The notes beneath the pieces are model-generated. The model worked only from the letters and a program-made list of their open reading frames with translations. It ran no database searches and had not been told where the DNA came from. From Candidatus Bathyarchaeia archaeon (GTDB lineage: Archaea; Thermoproteota; Bathyarchaeia; 40CM-2-53-6), in contig JBEKVV010000002.1 of assembly GCA_049513715.1 (NCBI GenBank), positions 288,001-352,000 on the forward strand: 64,000 bases of DNA. Direction: 5' to 3'. The translations under genes and the position numbers were made by a program. Shown piece by piece: positions 39,334-48,232 of this stretch (the first letter of the stretch is position 1; each line of letters begins with the position of its first letter).

Positions 39334-41402
39334 CTCGTGGCCCTCCTTACGACTAAGCAGTCCATCTCGTTTCTCATGCAATCCCATCTGGGGGGTAGAA
39401 CAAGCGTGGAGTCGTATTCCATGATTATTGCGGGACCGTTGATTTTGGCGTTTGTTGGAAGTAGGTTCCGAGAGTAAACCGGCGCCTCATGCCATTTTTC
39501 GTTGAACCATACCTGCCGCTTCGAGACAAGTGCTCGGTCCATGGCCCCAGTCGACGTCGAACGATTTTCGAGTCTCAATTTCTGAACAGGAATTGTGACC
39601 GTGAGTCGTAAGGCTGTGATCTCAAGCCTTTCACCTGAATGCCTGTACCCGTAGACCGTTTCGTGCCTCTTCTCGAATCTATCTGTCACCTGCCTCTTTG
39701 AGAAGGGTGTTGGGGCCTCTATCTCGAGTTCGTAACCCTGCCCAACGTAACGAACATCTACTGTTCGAACCACTCTCGCTTCTGAGGTTTCGATTCCACG
39801 ACCATTCAACTGTGACAGTGCACTGTTGGTGATTGATTGAAACGCTTCATCAAGCTCATCCTCAGTAAGCTCGTCCAGCGACCTCAGTATCCCTTTGACT
39901 TGGTTGTACTTGAGGTCGGACATCAACATGCTGAGGGCGGAGAACAATCCAGGCCACGGAGGGACAATGACCATGTCGATTCCAACCTCCTCGGCTAGCT
40001 GGACTGCATGCATTGGGCCCGCGCCCCCGAACGCTATCAGTGCGAATTCGTGTGGGTCCAGTCCGCGTTCAAGGCTTACGATGTGGATGGCTTTGGCCAT
40101 TTGCAGGTTCACGAGCTTCACGGCCGCATCGGCGCAGGAAATCATGTCAAAACCCGATTGTTGTCCAACATCGCGCAGTGCTTTTTCAGCCTCACCTCGT
40201 TGGAGTTTTACCTCGCCTCCAGACAGCTCGGACCCAATCCTGCCGAGTATGAGATTCGCATCGGTTATTGTCGGGTCGTTGCCCCCTGCTCCGTAACACG
40301 CTGGCCCTGGTTCTGCCCCAGCACTCATTGGTCCAACTCTCAGCGTTCCCGCTTCATCCGCCCAAATGATCGTTCCACCACCAGCGCTCACCTCCGCGAG
40401 GTCGATTGAGGGGTACCTAACCGGATAGCCACTTCCTTTGATTGTTCTTCCCGCGTGAATTCGGCCGCCGACTTCAATCTCAGGGACCGTCTGAGCCGTG
40501 TAATCTACGATGCTTCCGGCTTTCGCAGACGTGCCACCCATATCGAAGCTTATTGCGCGTGTGAGTCCAAGCAGTTTCGCTACCTCAGCTGCCCCAACCA
40601 CTCCAGCCGCGGGCCCTGACTCGATCGCCATGATTGGTCGGCGCTTCACCTCTTCGACATCCACTAAGCCACCCGATGAACTTAGAATCTGAAGATCGCT
40701 TTTGATACCTGATGCGCGCAGCCCATTCAATGCAGAGCCGAGATACCTAGAAACCACTGGAGCCAGAACAGCGTTTACAACAGTTGTACTTGTCCTCTCA
40801 TACTCTCTATGCTCAGGGTCTACTTCTGAAGAAGTGAAGATGGGCGTTTGCAGTTCCTGCGAGAGTTTGCGTTTAGTGTCTTGCTCGTTCTCCGAGTTCA
40901 GGTAACTGTTAAGGTAACTAACTGCGACAGCCTCTATGCCTTGAGAAGCGAGTTCAGCGGCGATGACCGACAGCTCGCTCTCTGAAACTCTCTGGAGCAG
41001 CCCTCCCTCAGCATCAACCCTCTCAGAAACCTCGAACCGAAGACGACGTGGAACGAGTGGTGTTGGACGCTGGAAGAATATGTTGTAGAGTTCTGCTCGA
41101 TTCTGGCGACCTATTTCCAGCACATCCCTGAACCCTCTTGTTGAGATTAGTGCTGTCTTGGGAAGATTCAAACCCATTTGGCCGAGGAACAGGTTCGTAC
41201 CAATCGTCCCCACGTGCACCACTCCACGGACCTCGGAAGTCGATAGTCGATTAGCCATGAGGAGGCGGGTCACGGACGAAAGGAAAGCACGATCGGGGGC
41301 CGCGGGAGTGCTGCGGATTTTGAGGACGAACAACTTGCCAGTGTCGTCAGCGGCAACTGTGTCAGTAAATGTTCCGCCAACATCCACAGCAATCTTGAGC
41401 AA
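39330..41402 (-). CDS. Hydantoinase A / 5-oxoprolinase subunit A
   Basis: DVGGTFTD, EYERTST, ESGPAAG, DMGGTS, FGGAG. Confidence 0.94.
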   Translation of the reverse strand: MLKIAVDVGGTFTDTVAADDTGKLFVLKIRSTPAAPDRAFLSSVTRLLMANRLSTSEVRGVVHVGTIGTNLFLGQMGLNLPKTALISTRGFRDVLEIGRQNRAELYNIFFQRPTPLVPRRLRFEVSERVDAEGGLLQRVSESELSVIAAELASQGIEAVAVSYLNSYLNSENEQDTKRKLSQELQTPIFTSSEVDPEHREYERTSTTVVNAVLAPVVSRYLGSALNGLRASGIKSDLQILSSSGGLVDVEEVKRRPIMAIESGPAAGVVGAAEVAKLLGLTRAISFDMGGTSAKAGSIVDYTAQTVPEIEVGGRIHAGRTIKGSGYPVRYPSIDLAEVSAGGGTIIWADEAGTLRVGPMSAGAEPGPACYGAGGNDPTITDANLILGRIGSELSGGEVKLQRGEAEKALRDVGQQSGFDMISCADAAVKLVNLQMAKAIHIVSLERGLDPHEFALIAFGGAGPMHAVQLAEEVGIDMVIVPPWPGLFSALSMLMSDLKYNQVKGILRSLDELTEDELDEAFQSITNSALSQLNGRGIETSEARVVRTVDVRYVGQGYELEIEAPTPFSKRQVTDRFEKRHETVYGYRHSGERLEITALRLTVTIPVQKLRLENRSTSTGAMDRALVSKRQVWFNEKWHEAPVYSRNLLPTNAKINGPAIIMEYDSTLVLPPRWDCMRNEMDCLVVRRATS

Positions 41403-41465
41403 CCCAATCCTTCCTCGAATTGGAGTAGGCTAGATGCTGTCCGGGATAACAAGGTGATGTCAAGT

Positions 41466-41568
41466 TGGTGGGCCGGGAGAGATTTGAACTCTCGACCACC
41501 TGCTTCGGCCGCGCGTTTGATTTCGCGTGTGTCAGGCAGGTATCCTAACCAGTCTAGACTACCGGCCC
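41466..41568 (-). tRNA. tRNA-Val(GAC) with 25-nt intron and encoded CCA
   Basis: Acceptor GGGCCGG/CCGGCCC-ACCA; anticodon stem CCTGC/GCAGG; loop CT-GAC-AC; T-arm GAGAG-TTCAAAT-CTCTC. Confidence 0.9.
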
Positions 41569-41888
41569 AGAGCGTCGCGTGAATGTTGGGCGGAAGGAAA
41601 TAAAGCCTACCCAAGGTTTCGCTGAGGCTTGGGCGTTTTGGTTTGTGTTATGTGGGGTCTGAAATTTGCGTGTTCTCAAACGGCATGTAGGGTGACACGC
41701 ATCCAAACGCGCAATTCGAAAAAATCTCAGGTTTGTTGGAGGTCCCGGAGACCCGCTTCATGAGGTCGCCAATGATGCTGTCAGATTCCCTGCTCTCTCT
41801 ACTCCTCTCAAACCCGCTGAACTGAATGTCCAACCGCACAAACGCAGATTAAAATCAATCCTCACTCAACCCACTCAGGTAGGCCATC

Positions 41889-43406
41889 GTGATGATTACC
41901 CTCACAGCAAAGGTGCTCGACTTAGCCGCGGGTTCCAGAATAATCGTGCTGAACAGTAAGGACTCGGAGCGGCTCGGAGTTCTCGCCTGGGATAGGATTC
42001 GAGTCAAGAGCAGCGAAGAGAGGAGCGCGTCAGCTCTGGTTGACATAACGCAGACAATGATTCCGCCAGACCACGTTGGATTGCCACGGACTGTCGCACA
42101 AGAACTCAACGTTGAAGATGGGGGGTCGGTCACCGTTCAACCGATCCCACCGCCCATCTCGGTCAAGTATGTTCATTCAAAAATGCGCGGGGCAAAGCTT
42201 GGCCAGGAGGAGCTGTATGCTATTGTGCGGGATGTTGTCAACAAAAATCTGAGCGATGTGGAGATGGCCGCGTTCCTTATGGCCGAACAGTACCTTGGAA
42301 TGGATGATAATGAGCTTCTCTGGCTCACGCGCGCAATAGCCGAAACGGGAACTCAAATTGATTTTGAGAAACCAGTCTACGACAAGCACTCAATTGGGGG
42401 CGTTCCAGGGAACAAAGTGAGCCTGCTAATTGTTCCCATAATTGCTGCCTCGGGGCTCTTGATACCCAAGACAGCGAGTCGGGCTATTACGAGCGCGTCT
42501 GGTACGGCGGACACAATGTCCGTTCTGGCGCCTGTTGAATTCTCAGCTCAAGAGTTGCGCAAAATCGCATTGAAAGTGAACGGAGCGATTGTGTGGGGTG
42601 GGGGCCTGAGCTTGGCCCCGGCTGATGACGCATTCATCACAGTGGAATACCCGCTCCAAATAGACCCAGAACCTCAAATGATTGCAAGCATTCTCGCGAA
42701 AAAACTGGCTGTTGGAACCGATTTCCTAGTTCTTGACATACCCACCGGAGAGGAAGCGAAGATTGCAACGTCTGAGGAGGCCAGACGATTGGGAAACAGG
42801 TTCATCGAATTGGGAGCGAAGTTGGGAATCAGGATCAGGTGTGGCGTGACATATGGAGGTCAACCCGTAGGCCACGCTGTGGGCCCAGCGCTCGAAGCCA
42901 AAGAGGCCTTGCAGACCCTCGAAGGCTCTGGCCCTGCAAGCCTCATCGAGAAAGCAACCGCCCTCGCAGGCTTACTTCTGGAACTGGGCGGGAAAGCAAC
43001 TAAGGGCAATGGGCAACAAATGGCCAAAACTATTCTTCAGAATGGCCAGGCACTCAAGAAGATGAGAGAGATAATCGAGGCTCAGGGAGGAGACCCGAAT
43101 ATCACCTCCGAGAAGGTACGTGTAGGAACCCACAGTCAGGGAATCATCGCGGAGGCTGATGGCTACATTACACACGTCTCCAACTCAGCCATCAACCAAA
43201 TTGCGAGGGCGGCCGGAGCTCCCGCGGAGCGTGGTTCAGGAGTAGTTTTGTTCGGCAAGCGAGGCCATAAAGTCGCAAAGGGGGAGCCAATTCTAGAGGT
43301 ATACGCTGAACGAGCAACGAAACTCGAGGAGGCATATTCCCTGATTGCCAAACTTAAGCCCGTCAAAATAGAAGGAATGCTTCTGGAGGAGATACCGGGT
43401 TTCTAA
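41889..43406 (+). CDS. deoA: AMP phosphorylase (archaeal thymidine phosphorylase family)
   Basis: DKHSIGGVPGNK, PKT.SRAITS..GTAD, LAPADD, plus the N-terminal extra domain typical of AMPpase. Confidence 0.92.
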   Translation: MMITLTAKVLDLAAGSRIIVLNSKDSERLGVLAWDRIRVKSSEERSASALVDITQTMIPPDHVGLPRTVAQELNVEDGGSVTVQPIPPPISVKYVHSKMRGAKLGQEELYAIVRDVVNKNLSDVEMAAFLMAEQYLGMDDNELLWLTRAIAETGTQIDFEKPVYDKHSIGGVPGNKVSLLIVPIIAASGLLIPKTASRAITSASGTADTMSVLAPVEFSAQELRKIALKVNGAIVWGGGLSLAPADDAFITVEYPLQIDPEPQMIASILAKKLAVGTDFLVLDIPTGEEAKIATSEEARRLGNRFIELGAKLGIRIRCGVTYGGQPVGHAVGPALEAKEALQTLEGSGPASLIEKATALAGLLLELGGKATKGNGQQMAKTILQNGQALKKMREIIEAQGGDPNITSEKVRVGTHSQGIIAEADGYITHVSNSAINQIARAAGAPAERGSGVVLFGKRGHKVAKGEPILEVYAERATKLEEAYSLIAKLKPVKIEGMLLEEIPGF

Positions 43407-43446
43407 TTCCAGGTGGAAAAGCATTTGTGTGTAAGTGTAGTGAACT

Positions 43447-43797
43447 ATGGAGTTGGTTAGGTTGGTCCGACTCTATAATCGTATTATGAAGTTCAGCAAG
43501 CTTGTGCGCTTTGCGGCCCTCGTTGATGGGAATGGACGCATCTTGGAAGGTGGGATGCGAGAGGGCGTTGAACCAATAGAGCCTCTTGAAAAGACCCCAC
43601 ACCTAATCGCTAAACTGGTTTCTGTCCTTAAGGCTGAGGATTTGGCTGATTTCTTCGGGAAACCGGAGTACTCGATTTTGGTTCATGAGGAAATAGTTGC
43701 AATAATCTTCAGGACAGGAAAGAAGTTCGCCCTCATTACCGCGGACCGAAAGTTTCCTTTGGCAAAGGTCGCTAAGCTTAGGGACCTAGTCCCCTAG
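43447..43797 (+). CDS. Roadblock/profilin-like small protein (DUF6659-like)
   Basis: RFAALVD.NGRI..GGMREG pattern. Confidence 0.6.
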   Translation: MELVRLVRLYNRIMKFSKLVRFAALVDGNGRILEGGMREGVEPIEPLEKTPHLIAKLVSVLKAEDLADFFGKPEYSILVHEEIVAIIFRTGKKFALITADRKFPLAKVAKLRDLVP

Positions 43798-43917
43798 GGA
43801 ACCGGTTCTCGAACGACGAAACGACGCACGGAATGACTCGCAGTTTATTGCTTCTAGTAGGATTGTGGAGTAAGGATTCGGGGATGTTCGAAAGAGAAGG
43901 CTGGGGCCGATCTCTGA

Positions 43918-44241
43918 TCAATCGTTCAGTTCAGTATTAGTGCGCGACCATATGGATCCCAGTTCGTGTTTTTCTCTGTGACTGAGTGATTTTATCTGAT
44001 GTTCCCTTCTAATGGCGGCGGCGCGTGTCCTGAACTTTTCCACATAGGCAACCCTCTGCGGCTTGCGCATTCTGGTATATCGTGCGCCGTGCCCTTTCTT
44101 GTGTCTTTCGAGTCTTGAGGCTACATTGTTCGTGTAGCCGGTGTAGTAGCTGCCGTCATCGCAAAGAAGCAGATATACGTAGTAGGATTTTCTCGCCCTA
44201 TCAGGTTTCTTGGTCGATGCACTTCTCGTCGGGTCTTTCAT
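43918..44241 (-). CDS. GIY-YIG nuclease family protein
   Basis: YYVYLL.C.DGSYYTG.T....R...H..G.GARYT. Confidence 0.92.
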   Translation of the reverse strand: MKDPTRSASTKKPDRARKSYYVYLLLCDDGSYYTGYTNNVASRLERHKKGHGARYTRMRKPQRVAYVEKFRTRAAAIRREHQIKSLSHREKHELGSIWSRTNTELND

Positions 44242-44282
44242 TTTCCTATCAACGAACCAAATGCGTCAGTCTACGCTGGAAG

Positions 44283-45404
44283 TTACCTGATGGCGTTTGA
44301 TTCAAAGTCTTTGTTGATTAGGAGATTCAGGATGGTTCGTGGAAGGTCCCATAGCATGACGCGTTTGCTGTGACGCATCGAATCATACATGAAACAGATG
44401 TGCGTACAAAAGCACTGGTCTAACTCCACTTGCCGCACCTCCTGCTTTCGCTCGAATGAATTCCAAAATTGCTGAAAGTCCATTCCGTATTTTCTGAGGT
44501 TGCCTATGGGCTTTCGGAGCTCGCAGACCCTCAAATCTCCGTTGTAATCGATTACGATCGATGTCTGGCCTGCTGTGCAGGGCATCTTCCATTTTGTTTT
44601 ATGTATGAAGTTTTGAAATTGTGTCTCGTAACTGAAAACGTATCCCGCCTTCCAGAAAGCCCGCCTCACCGAGTCGAGCTTCGATTTCTTACCCGATGGT
44701 TTTGAGACGTACTCGAAGTTTAGTGGTATAGCTTGGTTGTAGATTTGTCTCAGTTTCTCTGGTTTCACAGCCTGTAGGTTTGGTTCTTTCGGGTCGCCTC
44801 GTATGATCTGGAAATAATGTCCGTCTAGATCTGCGTTCTCTTTGAAGTGTCGCCCTAGATCCGAGATTTCTTGCTGATTTTCCTGAGTTATGACCGAGTT
44901 GACGTACAGCGTGAAGTTTGGCCAGGCCGAGCGTAATGATTGAAGCTGATCAAGCGTTTTGCAGGCTTGTTCAAAGTTGCTTGTGACGCCCCGGATTTTG
45001 TCATGGGTTTCAGAGAAACCATCTATGGAAATGTCGACTTCTAGGTGCAGGTCAGGGCATGTCTGCAAGACTTCTTGCACGATGGCGATGGTTTGTGCAG
45101 TCGGGAGGCCGTTTGTTGGGATTCGAACATCTCGAATGCTGTTCCTCTCGTAGAAGAGACGGATGACCTGCGCTAGGTCTTTTCGTAGAAACGGCTCGCC
45201 TCCGGAGATCCAGAGGTCGTGGAATTCTGGCATTGTTGAAGAGAGCTTTGTCAGTTCCTCGAAGCTCATGTTTCCCTTCCGGTTTAGTTCAAGCCAGTAG
45301 AAGCATGTTCTGCATCGTGCGTTGCAGATTGATGTGACGAAAAGGATGACGAGGTCGAGTTGTTTCATGAAGAGTGGTTTGAGGAAGGATTCACGGTGTG
45401 GCAA
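44283..45404 (-). CDS. Radical SAM protein with SPASM/twitch-like C-terminus
   Basis: CNARCRTC, SGGEP, SIDG, CTAG...GDLRVCE, CFCTHIC. Confidence 0.92.
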   Translation of the reverse strand: MPHRESFLKPLFMKQLDLVILFVTSICNARCRTCFYWLELNRKGNMSFEELTKLSSTMPEFHDLWISGGEPFLRKDLAQVIRLFYERNSIRDVRIPTNGLPTAQTIAIVQEVLQTCPDLHLEVDISIDGFSETHDKIRGVTSNFEQACKTLDQLQSLRSAWPNFTLYVNSVITQENQQEISDLGRHFKENADLDGHYFQIIRGDPKEPNLQAVKPEKLRQIYNQAIPLNFEYVSKPSGKKSKLDSVRRAFWKAGYVFSYETQFQNFIHKTKWKMPCTAGQTSIVIDYNGDLRVCELRKPIGNLRKYGMDFQQFWNSFERKQEVRQVELDQCFCTHICFMYDSMRHSKRVMLWDLPRTILNLLINKDFESNAIR

Positions 45405-46599
45405 GCGATTTGATTCCTGTCAGGCTGTACTTGCGGCCTCGCCATTCGATGTTATTGGTTCGAGCCGACTTGATTATGCAGTATGTCATAATCCACGGCA
45501 CAATAAAGCTTGCCACAGCATCCGCCCGCTTTGTTCTGTCGAACTCGCGCTTTAGTTCAGGCATTGCCCGAGAGAAAGTCGTACTTCTTTGAACGCTCCT
45601 TAGCACGCCCAGCACGGATGGAGCGAGTAGAAGAGCTGTTGGGGCAAACCAGACCGGGTTCAGTAGAACACCGAGGAATGCGCCAACAACGGCCAGTAGG
45701 AAAGCGAAGTCAAAGAACAGGTATGCTGCTAACGCGTACCGCCAGAGCCCGTAGTTGAAGACTTTCGTAATTGCAGTCTGGGGCGTGGCCCATGCGAACA
45801 TATGGGCACGAGAAGTTTTGTTGAAAGTGGCAACCATGCATTGCGGTAGGAACGCGACTTGGTATCCGTGCGCTCGGAGTGCGGAATTGAGCGTCATGTC
45901 ATCGCTAACAGCTTTCGCCCACACCTCTCTGATTCCGACCTTGTCGAGGGTTTCTGACCTCAAGGCCATCGCGCCGCCCCACGGGAAATTGTACTTGTCG
46001 TTGAAAAGCAAGTTTGTTCCTGAAGCATTCCATGCCGCTTCAATGTGCGACCAAAAGCCCCCTTCAATGGGGAGGTACCAGCGAAAACCAGTCGTGGCCC
46101 CTATTGACTCATCACTGAGGGGGTCCACAATGTCTCGGAGCCACCGTGCAGGAACAAATGCGTCGCTATCGATGAAGGCGTAGACCTCGGTCTGAGGATC
46201 GGCTTGGGATAGGGCGGTCAGCAAAGCGGCGACTTTTCCGCTATTTCCTTCTGTTGGCTCCGCCGTGCAGATCTTAGCCGCGGATCCTCTGTGCTTGTCT
46301 ATTACCGAGGTCGCAATCGAATATGCAGGGTCGTCAATAGTGTCTGTTACGATAATCGTTTCGTAGTTTTCGTATTGCTGTGTTAGTGCGGCTTCAATGT
46401 TTCCAGCTAAGCCAGGCTCAGCACCTTTGCAGGGCATTATGAGGCAAACGTGTGGTTGGAACCCATTCTTCGGTCTCTGCAGAGCCACTGAGACTTTTCT
46501 GTCGTATTGGAAACCGAGATGGAGGGAATAGAGCGCGGCGAGAATTGAAAGTGATCCGATGAGGAGTAGGAAATCGAAACTAATCTCTGTTAAGGGCAG
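45391..46599 (-). CDS. GT2/GT21 (ceramide glucosyltransferase-like) membrane glycosyltransferase
   Basis: PCKG, SGKV, FIDSD, TTGFRW, WGGAMA, DDM, IEWRGRKY; N-terminal TM requires CTG start at 46599. Confidence 0.85.
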   Translation of the reverse strand: MPLTEISFDFLLLIGSLSILAALYSLHLGFQYDRKVSVALQRPKNGFQPHVCLIMPCKGAEPGLAGNIEAALTQQYENYETIIVTDTIDDPAYSIATSVIDKHRGSAAKICTAEPTEGNSGKVAALLTALSQADPQTEVYAFIDSDAFVPARWLRDIVDPLSDESIGATTGFRWYLPIEGGFWSHIEAAWNASGTNLLFNDKYNFPWGGAMALRSETLDKVGIREVWAKAVSDDMTLNSALRAHGYQVAFLPQCMVATFNKTSRAHMFAWATPQTAITKVFNYGLWRYALAAYLFFDFAFLLAVVGAFLGVLLNPVWFAPTALLLAPSVLGVLRSVQRSTTFSRAMPELKREFDRTKRADAVASFIVPWIMTYCIIKSARTNNIEWRGRKYSLTGIKSLATP

Positions 46600-46635
46600 A
46601 GAAGATCCTCGCTTTCAATGGGCGGACTGCTTGAA

Positions 46636-46830
46636 TTATGCTTCGATGACTTCGCACCGTATCAGTTTCAGTAGCTCCGCGGCCTTGTTGGGGTCGACAC
46701 GGATCGTATAGAGCTGCCTAGGCGTCCGAAGCTTCAGTTTCACGATGTCCTTCAGGCGTTTCACTCTGCACTCGGTGGCCCGTTCTGAGATCTTGACAAA
46801 TTCCTCTGTGTCTGTCAGTTCTGATGGCAT
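46636..46830 (-). CDS. rpl38e: 50S ribosomal protein L38e
   Basis: MP.E....EEF, VKLKLRT.R.LYT, KA..L pattern of eL38. Confidence 0.85.
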   Translation of the reverse strand: MPSELTDTEEFVKISERATECRVKRLKDIVKLKLRTPRQLYTIRVDPNKAAELLKLIRCEVIEA

Positions 46831-46892
46831 TCTAGTTCCAGCCCTATTTGGGCGGTACAGAACAAATCGGACAATATAAGTCTGAAACCCTG

Positions 46893-47735
46893 TCAGGAGA
46901 ATACTAGCAACTCTTCTTGATAGCGTCTTCCATCTACAATTGACCCCGGTGCCTTCCGCTCCACATGGCGTGTGGCGAGCATCTCCCCGAACTCTCGGTT
47001 TGCTTCCTCCAGAGGAACACGCGGCCTTTTCAGCAGCTCCAGTGGAACATCAATGCGCATGGGCCGCGAGGGGATGACGTGCCGCGTAACTTTGTACGGC
47101 AGAAGACGGTTCTGCAAACCGAACTCCCGAATCTGCTGCTTTGTGAAGATCGGGAGGCATATGACGAAGTTCCCGGAGCCCGACTTCAGGTGTTCCATCG
47201 CCACGATTTCCGAAAGGTAGTCAACGTTGTGGCCTTTGGCGGTCATGGTTTTTTCTAGCCTGACTGCTGTTCGTGTTTGTTCAAGAAGGTCTAGGCTTTC
47301 CGGAAGCGAATACTCAACTCCGTTTCCAGTGAGGAGAATCGTGTGCGGATTGTAGCTCATTTTTCCGACGGTCGCTTCATGTGTTGAGAATTTCAGCCCA
47401 GTCCCGGAGAGCAACTTATCAGCTAAGCCGGTAGGATCGTTGACCACGTACACTCTGAACCAAGATCCGATTTTGATCTGTGGGCTGTCGTAGTTCAGAA
47501 GGCAACAGGGCGCGAATCTGCATTTCAGTGCTTTGAGAGAGTTGAAGCGATGCATGCCATCAAGGATGACATCGTCCTCTTGGTCTACGATGAGGGGGTC
47601 GCGAACTAACCCTTCCGTCTGCATCTCGTTGGAGAGAGCACGCACGGATGCTTCGATTACTTCTTCATGAGGTTTCAGCGCGTCAATGTCGACTAGCGAC
47701 AATTGGAAACTCAGATTTGACGAGCTGATTTCCAA
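46893..47735 (-). CDS. ParB/Srx-fold protein, SerK/SbnI-like (putative serine kinase)
   Basis: LKPHE, ILDGMHR, Y...IKIGSW, LP.K.TRH. Confidence 0.7.
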   Translation of the reverse strand: MEISSSNLSFQLSLVDIDALKPHEEVIEASVRALSNEMQTEGLVRDPLIVDQEDDVILDGMHRFNSLKALKCRFAPCCLLNYDSPQIKIGSWFRVYVVNDPTGLADKLLSGTGLKFSTHEATVGKMSYNPHTILLTGNGVEYSLPESLDLLEQTRTAVRLEKTMTAKGHNVDYLSEIVAMEHLKSGSGNFVICLPIFTKQQIREFGLQNRLLPYKVTRHVIPSRPMRIDVPLELLKRPRVPLEEANREFGEMLATRHVERKAPGSIVDGRRYQEELLVFS

Positions 47736-47862
47736 CCCGTATGCCCCAGTGTGCCGCCTTTGGATTAGGGTTGATTCTAAGGGTTACTTACAAGTATTCG
47801 GTTTGAAAAGGGGGCGGGAGTAAACAGTTAGGAATTCGAGTTGGTGCGGAAAGTCTGACGAG

Positions 47863-48009
47863 TTACTTGGTGAACTTCGTCATCTTGGTGCCGCATGTTG
47901 GGCAAACGGCGCGCATCATGTTGCGGCCCTTCGCGGTCTTCTCCATGGTAGTCTGATCGTCAGGCACCGTCTTTTTCTCTTTGCACTTCACACAATACAT
48001 TTCAGCCAA
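47863..48009 (-). CDS. Small basic Zn-finger protein (DUF5679-like)
   Basis: MAEMYCVKCK...GR....CPTCGTKM; TTG start with GGAGG upstream. Confidence 0.8.
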   Translation of the reverse strand: MAEMYCVKCKEKKTVPDDQTTMEKTAKGRNMMRAVCPTCGTKMTKFTK

Positions 48010-48232
48010 TGAACATTCCCTCCCCTTTCTGAACCGAGTGGTGTTAGCGCATGCTGATGCCATAAAAGGCTTTTCTAAGAACCCTGAAAGTCGCAACAAT
48101 TCTCGACGAATTGGCATCGAATTGATTAGTAAATATCAATCGGGACCCCCCGCGCGGAAGGTTTGAGGACAGTTGGGAGGAGGATCCGTGGAAAAGAGAT
48201 TAAACCATATGCAAGTGCCAAAGTAACTGTCC

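Noticed and set aside
41466..41568. tRNA-Arg(CCG) reading via a 33/34 intron; tRNA used as an integration site
   Set aside because: D-arm and A73 fit Val; no duplicated tRNA 3' end or integrase noticed
46893..47735. Chromosome partition ParB
   Set aside because: No HTH, no parA neighbour; motifs fit SerK/SbnI
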